In this document: positions 9,087 through 17,895 of the stretch, in pieces
How the letters are laid out: each line of letters begins with the position of its first letter
Numbering within the stretch: position 1 is the first letter of the stretch
Origin: Armatimonadota bacterium
Lineage (GTDB): Bacteria; Armatimonadota; Fimbriimonadia; Fimbriimonadales; GBS-DC
Length of the DNA stretch: 64,000 nucleotides
Assembly (NCBI GenBank): GCA_037445735.1
Contig: JBBIJY010000015.1
Coordinates: 1-64,000 of the forward strand
Reading direction: 5' to 3'
Position numbers and translations under genes: made by a program
The notes under the pieces: generated by a model
Database searches by the model: none
What the model was told of the DNA's origin: nothing
What the model saw: the letters and a program-made list of their open reading frames with translations, nothing else

Positions 9087-10529
9087 CTACACCGCCGCCG
9101 CGCGGCGACCCGCCATCAGCCGGCGCTTGCTCTCATAGCAATAGCGCGTGTCGGGGAATATCTTTTCGGGGTTGAGCCGATCATGCGGGTTGAAAATCGC
9201 CTTGACGCGCTTCATGGTGTCCAGATCGCTGGCGCTGAACATCTGGTGCATGAGGGTGCATTTTTCGGTGCCGATGCCGTGTTCGCCAGTAAGGCTGCCG
9301 CCCTCGCGCAGGCAGAGCGCCAGGATTGCCTCGCCTGCCTCCACCACGCGCGCCACCTGCTCCGGGTCGGAGTCATCGAACAGCAGCACGGGATGGAGGT
9401 TGCCGTCGCCCGCGTGGAACACATTCGCCAGCTGCAGCTGGTAGCGGGCGGCAATCTGGAACGCCTCGCGCAGCACCTGTGGCAGTCGGGAGCGCGGGAT
9501 AACGCCATCCTGCGTGACGCATGAGGGCGCGAGCCGTCCGAGTGCGCCAATCGCTTTCTTGCGGGCAGCCCACAATCGGGCGCGTTCGAGCGGCGTGCGC
9601 GCCAATCGCACCTCGCGCGCCCGATTGCGCTCGCAGATTGCATGCACCCGCGCCTGCTCACCCTCCAGCTCCGCCTCCAGCCCATCCAGTTCGATCAGCA
9701 GCACCGCCTCCGCGTCCAGCGGGAAGCCATAGCCAAACGCTGCCTCCACCGCCTGGAGCGTCAGCGCGTCCATCAGCTCCAGCGCGGCGGGCACAACCCC
9801 CGCCGCGATAATGTCCGACACCGTTTGCGTGGCGTCTTCCAGCGTCTCGAACACTGTTAGCAGCGTGCGCACGCCCTGCGGGTTGGGCGTCAGGCGAGCT
9901 GTGACCTCCGTTACAATCGCGAGCGTGCCCTCACTGCCCACCATCAAGCCGACCCAATCGTAGCCGAACAGCTCATCGTCCACACCGCCCAGCTCCAGCA
10001 GCTCGCCATCGGGCAACACCACCTGCAGACCCGTCACATGGTTGACCGTCACGCCGTACTTGAGCGTGTGCGGACCGCCAGAGTTCTCGGCGACATTGCC
10101 GCCGATCGTGCATGCGCCCTGCGAGGAGGGATCTGGCGCAAAATGGAGATTCGCGTGCTGGGCGGCTCTGGTGAGCTGGATATTGACCGCGCCCGCCTGC
10201 GCGCGCAGCCGGCGGTTGCGTGTGTCCACCCATAAAATCTGCGTCATGCGCGTGGTGGCAATCACGATCCCGCCGCTCACGGCAAGTGCGCCGCCCGATA
10301 GACCCGTGCCCGCGCCACGCGGCACAATCGGCAGGTTCACCCGATTCGCATAGCGCACAATCGCCACCACCTGCTCCGTCGTCTGGGGCAGCACCACCAC
10401 GGTGGGCAGCGACTTCTCGATGGTGTAGGCGTCGCAGTCGTAGGTGCGCAGTGCGGTCGGGTCGGTAATGACCGCTTCGTCGCCCACAATCGCGCTCAAA
10501 TCGCGTGTCAGCGTCGTCAGGTGGCTCAT
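9087..10529 (-). CDS. glcD: Glycolate oxidase FAD-binding subunit (GlcD-like)
   Basis: PRGAGTGLSGG, FAPDPSS, TIGGNVAENSGG, GSEGTL, VFHAGDGNLHP, TGEHGIG. Confidence 0.9.
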   Translation of the reverse strand: MSHLTTLTRDLSAIVGDEAVITDPTALRTYDCDAYTIEKSLPTVVVLPQTTEQVVAIVRYANRVNLPIVPRGAGTGLSGGALAVSGGIVIATTRMTQILWVDTRNRRLRAQAGAVNIQLTRAAQHANLHFAPDPSSQGACTIGGNVAENSGGPHTLKYGVTVNHVTGLQVVLPDGELLELGGVDDELFGYDWVGLMVGSEGTLAIVTEVTARLTPNPQGVRTLLTVFETLEDATQTVSDIIAAGVVPAALELMDALTLQAVEAAFGYGFPLDAEAVLLIELDGLEAELEGEQARVHAICERNRAREVRLARTPLERARLWAARKKAIGALGRLAPSCVTQDGVIPRSRLPQVLREAFQIAARYQLQLANVFHAGDGNLHPVLLFDDSDPEQVARVVEAGEAILALCLREGGSLTGEHGIGTEKCTLMHQMFSASDLDTMKRVKAIFNPHDRLNPEKIFPDTRYCYESKRRLMAGRRAAAV

Positions 10530-10816
10530 CGTCCACCCCCTGTCAGCAGTCCGATCAGCAGCGCCAGCCCCACCAGCCCTATCGTGAGCAGGCTATAGCG
10601 GGCAGTGGGGCGATCCGCGCCCGCAACCAGCCACGCCAGATGCATCAGTGCCAGCAGCGGGGTCAGCAGCAGCAGCCCGACGCCCACCAGAATCAGCCCG
10701 TTTTGCGCATCGTGTCGCCACAGGTGCCACAGCCAGCCGATGAGCATCACGATTGCGCTGATCAGGCTCAGCCGCCGATAGGTCTGTGCCAGCCTGTTCT
10801 CCACCTCCAGCCGCAC
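10526..10816 (-). CDS. Small membrane protein, DUF1634-like
   Basis: Three hydrophobic segments with GVGLLLLTP motif; stop overlaps glcD start. Confidence 0.55.
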   Translation of the reverse strand: MRLEVENRLAQTYRRLSLISAIVMLIGWLWHLWRHDAQNGLILVGVGLLLLTPLLALMHLAWLVAGADRPTARYSLLTIGLVGLALLIGLLTGGGR

Positions 10817-10862
10817 GGTAAAAAGTGTACCCTGTGAACCTCCTTCTCACGAGGTTCGCTGA

Positions 10863-13460
10863 TTAAAGAGCTGCTCGTTCCGCCGCAAAGAGGGGCAGCG
10901 ATGGGGCAGGCGCGCGCAGGCGATAGATCACAAAGGGTGCCGTCATGCCCTTGAGCTGCACCGTTTCGGGCGGCAGGTCGGGCACAACGCCCGCTTCACG
11001 CGCGGCGCGATAGACCACCTCGCTCATCACGATTTCGCCCGCTGCCGCCAGCGCCTGCAATCGTGCCGCAATCACCACCGTGCCGCCCACCGCTGTGTAG
11101 TTGAACTGGTGCGGGCTGCCCAGCAGACCCAGCACCGCCTCACCAAAATGCAGTCCGATGCCGATGCCCAGCGGCGCGCCCGCCGACGAATCGACAGCGA
11201 CCTGCTGGAGCGCGTGCTGCATCGCTATCGCGGCGCGAACCGAGCGGCAGATCAGCTCGGTGTCCGACTCCGGCTCCGGCAGCAGGTGCGCTGCGAACAG
11301 CGCCATCAGCCCATCGCCCGTGTACTTGTCCAGAATGCCCTGATGGGCGTGGAGCGCGTCCGTGAGCGCGCTCAGATAGCGATTGAGCCGCTCAATCACC
11401 TGTTCCGACGTGTGCGTCTCCGCGAAGCGGGTGAAGTTGCGGATGTCGGCGAACAGCACCCCCACCCGACAGCGCTGACCGCCCGGGCTGAGCCGTTCCG
11501 CGATGTCCTCCAGCAGTTGCTCCGCCACTTCGGGCGCGACCAGCCGCTGCAGCAGCGCACGGTGGCGGGCACGCTCCGCGCTCTCGCTCACAAACGCCAT
11601 CTGCGAGACCAGTAACACGGTCAACGCCACGCTCAATACGGGCAGCAGCGGGTCCAGCCAGATTCGCTCCACCAGAAAGAGCGCCAGGCTGAACAGCCAG
11701 ACAACCAGCGCAATCAGAAGCGCGATCCACCACGCTTCGAGGGGCGTGCGGCGCAGGCACAGCGAGCCGCTGATCAGCCCCAGCGCGAGCAACACCAGCC
11801 CCACCCAGCCCGCTGACAGCCCGCGACCCGTGTGCCCGTCGAGCAATGAGGCGAGCTGATGCGCCATCAGCTGCTGCGCGTCCATGCGCCCTATCGGGGT
11901 CTGATACAGCTCCGGCAGCGGATACGGCAACAGCACGATGCGGTTCTCGAACAGCTGGTGCGTTGGCATCGCCTGCACATCGAAGGTGCGCTCCGTCAAC
12001 AACCCGTCGCGCTCGGTGCGCCGCTGAACCAGCCAGTAGAGCGGCGGTCGGGTCAGCACGCAGGCAAGCGGCACCTGCAGAAACACCTCGCCGGGCTGGT
12101 CGCCATAGAACTCGGTCGGCACGAACCGCACCTGCAGCCGCTCATACGCACGGCGGTCGATGAGCTGAAGCGCGGCGAGCGGCGGTGCTTCGAAGCGGCG
12201 ACTGCGCTCCAGCACGGGCAGTGCAGGCGCGAGGTAGCGCACGCGCTCAAGGCTGCCGACAGCTTTGCCCGTTCGGATCAGCGACCGGGCTTCGGGCGGC
12301 AGCCGCTGGGCACTCGGCACCACCCAGACCACATTGCCCGCCTCACGCGCCGCCGCCATTAACAGGTTCAAATCGCGCCGATTGCGCTGTGCCACGCGCC
12401 GTGCAGGCTCCGAATCAGCGCCGCCAGCGGCGAGCAACGGGATCGGCACCAGCAGCAGCCGCGCCCGCCACACACGCAACTGCCGAATCGCCTGCGCCAG
12501 CACCGCGCACTCCGAACGCTTCTCGATCGCCGCATAGCTCTGCTGGTCATGCTGGAGCAGCACGATACGGCTTGACGCCTGCGTTTGCCCCAGCGCCAGG
12601 CTCATGCCCCTGCGTTCCTGCACCCATGGCTCGTTGCGGAATCGGATGAGCCAGATGAGGCTGTTCGCCTGCAGGGGCATCAGCACGCCCGACTGCCACA
12701 CCAGCCATGTCAGCAGCCCGATAGTGACGCCAATCGCCGCGCCACGCAAATCGAGCGTCCGTCGGCGTGCGCCGGCACCCCGCTGGATGACCAGCAGGCG
12801 TCGGAGCCACTGGCGCGCCCACTGCCAGCTGCTATGCAGCCACCTGCCATGAACCAGCTGGCGCACGGTCAGCACGGTGAGGAGCGGCACGCCCAGCCAC
12901 ACCGTCAGCACCAGCATCGCGGGCACGCCCAGCAGCGCCAGCAACAGCCCCACTGCCTGCCAGCCCCAGCATGCCATCAGTCCCCAGCGCGCCGCTGCAT
13001 GCTCCGCCTCCGCCGCTGCCGCCAGCCCCAGCCCCGCCCCGAACAGACTGACGAAAAAGCCGCAAATCAGCGATAGCCCGAAGCTGATACCCGCCATCAA
13101 CAGCAGGAACGCGCCGCCAAAAGCGACCGACTCCGCCCGCGAAGCCGCATTCGCCATCCAAACAGGCATCAGGATCGCGCTCAAAAACGCGCCGATGAAT
13201 GACCAGCCGAAGGCGATCGAGGCGATGGACGCCCACAGGCGCGGGCGCGTCAGGCTGACCGCCACCGCCTTCAGCCCCATCAGCGCGTTCGCCAGCACCC
13301 AGAAGGCAAACAGCGTCCAGGTAGCAGGAATCAGCCCGCCAGTTAGCCCGGCAATCAGCGCGCTGACCAGCGCCAGCAGGGTCAGCCCACGCCCGAAACA
13401 GCCCAGCGACTCCCACACGCCCAGCAGCCACCGCCCAACCACACGCCCGGCAGAATCCAT
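10863..13460 (-). CDS. Membrane adenylate/guanylate cyclase with CHASE2-like sensor
   Basis: Class III cyclase motifs VLFADIRNFT, LDKYTGDGLMALF, GIGLHFG, YTAVGGTVVIAARL; CHASE2-like region plus 3 TM; about 6 extra N-terminal TM helices. Confidence 0.85.
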   Translation of the reverse strand: MDSAGRVVGRWLLGVWESLGCFGRGLTLLALVSALIAGLTGGLIPATWTLFAFWVLANALMGLKAVAVSLTRPRLWASIASIAFGWSFIGAFLSAILMPVWMANAASRAESVAFGGAFLLLMAGISFGLSLICGFFVSLFGAGLGLAAAAEAEHAAARWGLMACWGWQAVGLLLALLGVPAMLVLTVWLGVPLLTVLTVRQLVHGRWLHSSWQWARQWLRRLLVIQRGAGARRRTLDLRGAAIGVTIGLLTWLVWQSGVLMPLQANSLIWLIRFRNEPWVQERRGMSLALGQTQASSRIVLLQHDQQSYAAIEKRSECAVLAQAIRQLRVWRARLLLVPIPLLAAGGADSEPARRVAQRNRRDLNLLMAAAREAGNVVWVVPSAQRLPPEARSLIRTGKAVGSLERVRYLAPALPVLERSRRFEAPPLAALQLIDRRAYERLQVRFVPTEFYGDQPGEVFLQVPLACVLTRPPLYWLVQRRTERDGLLTERTFDVQAMPTHQLFENRIVLLPYPLPELYQTPIGRMDAQQLMAHQLASLLDGHTGRGLSAGWVGLVLLALGLISGSLCLRRTPLEAWWIALLIALVVWLFSLALFLVERIWLDPLLPVLSVALTVLLVSQMAFVSESAERARHRALLQRLVAPEVAEQLLEDIAERLSPGGQRCRVGVLFADIRNFTRFAETHTSEQVIERLNRYLSALTDALHAHQGILDKYTGDGLMALFAAHLLPEPESDTELICRSVRAAIAMQHALQQVAVDSSAGAPLGIGIGLHFGEAVLGLLGSPHQFNYTAVGGTVVIAARLQALAAAGEIVMSEVVYRAAREAGVVPDLPPETVQLKGMTAPFVIYRLRAPAPSLPLFAAERAAL

Positions 13461-13485
13461 AGCGGCACTATCTTACCTGCACTGT

Positions 13486-13818
13486 TTAAAGAGCCGCTTC
13501 ACCGCGCTCTTCGGTGCGGATACGGATGGCATCTTCATACGGCAGCACGAAAATCTTGCCGTCGTCGGGCTGACCCGTGCGCGCATGGCGCAGAATGGTC
13601 TCAATCACGGGTTCGACCATTTCATCGGGCACGACCATCTCCAGGCGCAGGCGCACGGGCAGCCGAATCAGCACCTCGTCGCCGAAGGGGCTTTCGGGCG
13701 GGGAGCTGCCACAGCCGCGCACCTCGCTGACCGTCAGTCCCGTGATGCCCAGCTCACTGAGGGCGGTTTTGACCTCCTCCAGCTTGTGCGGGCGCAGAAT
13801 GCAGTCCACCTTTTTCAT
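13486..13818 (-). CDS. PII-family signal transduction protein with non-canonical T-loop
   Basis: MKKVDCILRPHKLEEVK, GITGLTVSEVRG, TGQPDDGKIFV, IRIRTEERGEAAL; no RQKG or Tyr51. Confidence 0.93.
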   Translation of the reverse strand: MKKVDCILRPHKLEEVKTALSELGITGLTVSEVRGCGSSPPESPFGDEVLIRLPVRLRLEMVVPDEMVEPVIETILRHARTGQPDDGKIFVLPYEDAIRIRTEERGEAAL

Positions 13819-15394
13819 GGCGCACGATCACCGTCGGATAAGCCAGCTCTGCGCGGGTATCGGGGTAGTCCAGCACCGCGTGCAGCCCGCGGCTCTCATG
13901 TCGGCGCAGGGCACATTCGGTGATTAACCACGCGCAGGTGGCGATATTGCGCGTCTCGCTGGCGGGAACTGTGGGTGTCTGGCGACGGAACGCCTGCTCG
14001 ATGCGGCGCATGATGGTTTCAAGTTCGGCGCGCGCCTCCTGCAGTCGCGCCACCGAGCGCACAATGCCCACCTTCGACTGCATCAGCTGGCGAACGCGCA
14101 GGCGCGTGTCGTTCCAGTCAAGCGGGGTCGCCAGATCGGTTTCATCAGGTGCCTGAGCGGGGTCGGACAGGGTGGCTGGTGCGGGGTGGGGGCTGGGGGG
14201 CGGCTCGTCCAGGCGCGTTATGGCGTGCCGGGCTGCTCGCTCGGCGAACACCAGCGCCTCCAGCAGCGAGTTGCTTGCCAGCCGATTCGCGCCATGCACC
14301 CCTGTGCAGGCGACCTCGCCACAGGCATAGAGCCGCCGCACCGTCGTGCGACCCCATAAATCCGTCCACACGCCGCCACACACATAGTGCGCCGCTGGCA
14401 CCACGGGGATCGGCTCGCGCGTGATGTCGATGCCAGCCTGCAGGCACCGCTGATAGATGGTGGGGAACCGCTGACGGATGAAATCGGCGTCGAGATGGGT
14501 GATGTCCAGATAGACGAACGGGTCGCCCGTCTTTTTCAGCTCGGCGTCGATGGCGCGGGCGACAATATCGCGTGGGGCTAACTCGGCGCGGGGGTCATAA
14601 TCGGGCATGAATCGGTAGCCGTCGCGCCGCTTGAGGATACCGCCCTCGCCCCGCACCGCCTCCGAAATCAGGAACGCCTGCGCCTCCGGCTCAGGCACAT
14701 AGAGCGTGGTGGGATGGAACTGGATGAACTCCATATTGGCGATGGCGGCGCCCGCGCGCCAGCCCATCGCGATGCCGTCGCCAGTGGCAATCGCGGGGTT
14801 GCTCGTGTGCAGATAGACCGTCCCGCAGCCGCCCGTCGCCAGCAGCACCGCTTTCGCCCGAATCTCAAACAGATCGCCAGTCAGGGTATCCAGCACCTGC
14901 ACCCCGACGCAGGCGTCGCCTTCGATGATCAAATCCAGCACGAAATAATGCTCCAGCAGGGTGACGGAGGGCAGGGGTCGCACGGCACGCAGCAGTGTGC
15001 GCTCGATCTCGGCGCCGGTGTGGTCGGCGGCATGCACGATTCGGTTGCGCGAGTGTCCGCCTTCGCGTCCCAGCGCGAGCGTGCCGTCCGGATTGGTATC
15101 GAACTCTGCGCCCAGCTCGATGAGCCACTGTACCATGCGGGGGGCGTTGCGGGTCAGCACCTCCACCGCTTCCGGGTCGCACAGTCCCGCACCCGCCGCG
15201 AGGGTGTCCTGCATGTGCAGTTCCCACGAGTCGTCGGCGCCGAGCGCGGCGGCGATACCGCCCTGTGCATAGTTGGTGTTCGATTCGGAGCGCTGTTTTT
15301 TGGTGATGATAGCGACGGAGCCGCCTGGGGCGACATTCAGGGCGAAGGTCAGTCCTGCGATGCCGCTGCCCAGCACGAGGTAGTCGTACTCCAT
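13754..15394 (-). CDS. nadB: L-aspartate oxidase
   Basis: LGSGIAGL, SNTNYAQGGIA, REGGHS, EFIQFHPT, ELAPRDIVAR, AAHY, GVHGANRLASNSLLE. Confidence 0.96.
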   Translation of the reverse strand: MEYDYLVLGSGIAGLTFALNVAPGGSVAIITKKQRSESNTNYAQGGIAAALGADDSWELHMQDTLAAGAGLCDPEAVEVLTRNAPRMVQWLIELGAEFDTNPDGTLALGREGGHSRNRIVHAADHTGAEIERTLLRAVRPLPSVTLLEHYFVLDLIIEGDACVGVQVLDTLTGDLFEIRAKAVLLATGGCGTVYLHTSNPAIATGDGIAMGWRAGAAIANMEFIQFHPTTLYVPEPEAQAFLISEAVRGEGGILKRRDGYRFMPDYDPRAELAPRDIVARAIDAELKKTGDPFVYLDITHLDADFIRQRFPTIYQRCLQAGIDITREPIPVVPAAHYVCGGVWTDLWGRTTVRRLYACGEVACTGVHGANRLASNSLLEALVFAERAARHAITRLDEPPPSPHPAPATLSDPAQAPDETDLATPLDWNDTRLRVRQLMQSKVGIVRSVARLQEARAELETIMRRIEQAFRRQTPTVPASETRNIATCAWLITECALRRHESRGLHAVLDYPDTRAELAYPTVIVRHEKGGLHSAPAQAGGGQNRPQ

Positions 15395-15405
15395 GCTCTG
15401 GCTCC

Positions 15406-16152
15406 CTACGGGCGTGCGCTCGCCCGTTTACGGGCGGTGCGCGTGCGCCTGCCGTTTGCTGCCCGCTGATTACTCACGCGCCCGTCAGCCAGCGCGTGTT
15501 CGGTGTCCCGTTCCCACGGGGACGGTTCCTGCGCCAGATGGTACGACAGCACTGCCAGCTCCTGCAGGAACGAGACATTGCGCACATGCACATGGGGCGG
15601 TACTTTGAGGCTGGTGGGCGCGAAGTTCAAAATCGCGCGGATGCCTGCCTCCACCAGCTGGTCGGCGACCTCCTGCGCTGCGCTGGCGGGCACAGCGATA
15701 ATCGCGATCTGCGCCCCTATCTGCGCGTTCACCTCTTTGAGTCGGGCGATGTCCTCAATGATCAGCTCGCCGAACGGTCGTCCAATCTTGACGAAGTTGT
15801 TATCGAACACGGCGGCGATACGGAATCGGTGGGCGCGGAAGTTGGGGTAGCCGACCAGCGCCGCGCCCAGATTGCCCGCGCCCACCAGCAGCATCGGTTG
15901 CTCCCGATCCAGGCGCAGGATGCGCTCGATGCACTCAATGAGTTGCTGCGTGGAATAGCCGACGCCGGGCTTACCGAACTCGCCGAAGTAGGAGAGGTCT
16001 TTGCGGAACTGGGCGGCGCTGATACCGCAGAGGCGCTCGATGTCGCGTGACGAAAGCGTTTCCAGCCCCGCCTCGCGCGCATCGAGCAGCACTCGCAGGT
16101 AGGTGGCGAGTCGTTCCAGCGTCGGTATTGGCACGCGCGTCTCGGTCATCAT
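15406..16152 (-). CDS. rex: Redox-sensing transcriptional repressor Rex
   Basis: PTLERLATYLRVL, SS..I, QFRKDLSYFGEFGKPGVGY, VGAGNLG, GIRAILNFAP. Confidence 0.96.
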   Translation of the reverse strand: MMTETRVPIPTLERLATYLRVLLDAREAGLETLSSRDIERLCGISAAQFRKDLSYFGEFGKPGVGYSTQQLIECIERILRLDREQPMLLVGAGNLGAALVGYPNFRAHRFRIAAVFDNNFVKIGRPFGELIIEDIARLKEVNAQIGAQIAIIAVPASAAQEVADQLVEAGIRAILNFAPTSLKVPPHVHVRNVSFLQELAVLSYHLAQEPSPWERDTEHALADGRVSNQRAANGRRTRTARKRASARP

Positions 16153-16154
16153 CG

Positions 16155-17498
16155 CTACTGGATTTCACCGATTTCGGCGAGCGCTTCTTCGAGTTCCAGC
16201 CCTTTGCTGCGGCGCAGGTCTTCGATGCGTTCCCCGATCTGGCGCAGTTTGCGCATGGCACGCAGTTCGAGCTGGCGCACGCGCTCGCGCGTGATGCCCA
16301 GCGCGGCGCCGACCTCTTCGAGCGTGCGCTGATGCCCGTCGTCCAGCCCGAAGCGCAGGCGCACCACCTCGCGCTCCTTCGGCTGCAGCTTCTGCAGGAT
16401 CATTTCGATCTGCTCGCGCAGGATGAGCCGTTCCAGCGCGTCGGCGGGCGTGGGTATATCCTGCGATGGGATGAACTCGCCGAGCGTGGCGTTCTCCCGC
16501 TCGCCGACGGGGCTTTCGATGGAGATTGGCTCAATCGACGCGCGCCGCATCTCGCGCACGCGCTCGGGCGTGATGTGCCGCTTCACTTTGGGCATGTGGC
16601 GCCGTATCTCCTCTTCGGTCGGCATGCGCCCCAGCATCTGCAGCAGCTCCTGCGCCGCCCGCTCACGCGCAATCTCTTCGGCAATCTCCTCGTCGGTCGG
16701 CTCCCGCTGCAGAATCTGTTGCAGTCGCTGCTCCGTCTTGATGACGCGGTTGATCAGCTCCGCCACATAGACGGGGATTCGGATGGTGCGCCCGTGATTG
16801 ATGATGGCGCGGGCAATCGCGCGGCGAATCCACCAGGTGGCGTAGGTGCTGAAGCGGAAGCCGCGGCTCGGATCGAACTTCTCGACGGCGCGAATCAAGC
16901 CCAGATTACCCTCCTGAATCAGGTCCGCAATCGACACCCCCCGTGCGCCATATCGCTTGGCGACGCTGACCACCAGCCGCAGGTTGGACTCGATGAGCTT
17001 GCGTTTGGCTTCGTCCGCCTCTTCCATGCGGAAGGCGAGTTCATAGGGTGGCAGCCCCGCTGCCTGCGCCCACTCCTCCTCACTGATCTGGTCGGGTGAA
17101 ACTTTGCGCTTTTCAGCGAGTTCGCGTCGGATGCGCAGCAGCCGCTCACCCTCCTGCACCTGCTGGGCGTAATGAATCTCCTCCTCCGGGGTCAGCAGCT
17201 GCGAGCGGCGGCTCTGCAGCATCCAGAGCTCCACATCGACGCTATCGTCCTCATGCGGGGTCTCCTCGTCCACGCCACCCCAGAAATCGGGTTCCTCGTC
17301 CAGCTCTTCGTCGACTTCGATGCCAGCCAGCCCGATGGAGGTCAGCTCCTCATCAATCGGCTCGACCTCCTCCAGGCTCAGGCTCTCATCTTCCAGCTCG
17401 AGCGGGTCGGGATAGGGCATGTCGTGCCCTGTCCGCCCCGCGCGAACAACCGCCTGCGATTCTACGAGCATTTCAGTTTCCTCATCCAAGATCGGCAA
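16155..17498 (-). CDS. RpoD/SigA-like sigma-70 factor, probably non-primary (group 2-like)
   Basis: SNLRLVVSVAK, DLIQEGNLGLIRAVEKFD, FSTYATWWIR, RTLEEVG..TRERVRQLE; TTG start after AGGAGGTG; degenerate region 1.2. Confidence 0.92.
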   Translation of the reverse strand: MPILDEETEMLVESQAVVRAGRTGHDMPYPDPLELEDESLSLEEVEPIDEELTSIGLAGIEVDEELDEEPDFWGGVDEETPHEDDSVDVELWMLQSRRSQLLTPEEEIHYAQQVQEGERLLRIRRELAEKRKVSPDQISEEEWAQAAGLPPYELAFRMEEADEAKRKLIESNLRLVVSVAKRYGARGVSIADLIQEGNLGLIRAVEKFDPSRGFRFSTYATWWIRRAIARAIINHGRTIRIPVYVAELINRVIKTEQRLQQILQREPTDEEIAEEIARERAAQELLQMLGRMPTEEEIRRHMPKVKRHITPERVREMRRASIEPISIESPVGERENATLGEFIPSQDIPTPADALERLILREQIEMILQKLQPKEREVVRLRFGLDDGHQRTLEEVGAALGITRERVRQLELRAMRKLRQIGERIEDLRRSKGLELEEALAEIGEIQ

Positions 17499-17529
17499 TT
17501 GACATCACCTCCTGACCCGCGGCACCACT

Positions 17530-17547
17530 TTGTGAACGATTTCACAA
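17530..17547. promoter_or_regulatory. Rex operator (ROP)
   Basis: Perfect TTGTGAA-cgat-TTCACAA, 31 nt upstream of the sigma start of the rex-containing operon. Confidence 0.93.
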
Positions 17548-17895
17548 GCGATGCCGTGCCTGTCCGTCGCCTGCGTCCCAATTAAGACGCTCCTTCGATA
17601 GATACGGCACGCGCTGGCAGCAAGTTCCTGCCGTCGCCCTATCTATTATAACACAGTTCGACGCGGATGGGTTCACCGCCGTGCCGTTAAAATTTTCACG
17701 AACAGCACGCCTGTTCCTGCCGTTTATAACATACGACGCTCCCTGCAAGAATCCTGCTTTTTCCTCTGCGCTAGCGAAAGAGCTTGCATAAGCAATGATG
17801 CCTCTTGTAATGGGGGTATGGTCAAGGGATTAGTATGTAACGAGTCCGCAACGATATAGGTTCATGGATGGGATATGCTTTACTTGAGGTGGTAA

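Noticed and set aside
17684-17701. Second Rex site CCGTTAAaattTTCACGA
   Set aside because: Only 10/14 consensus matches; could be auxiliary but is not supportable alone
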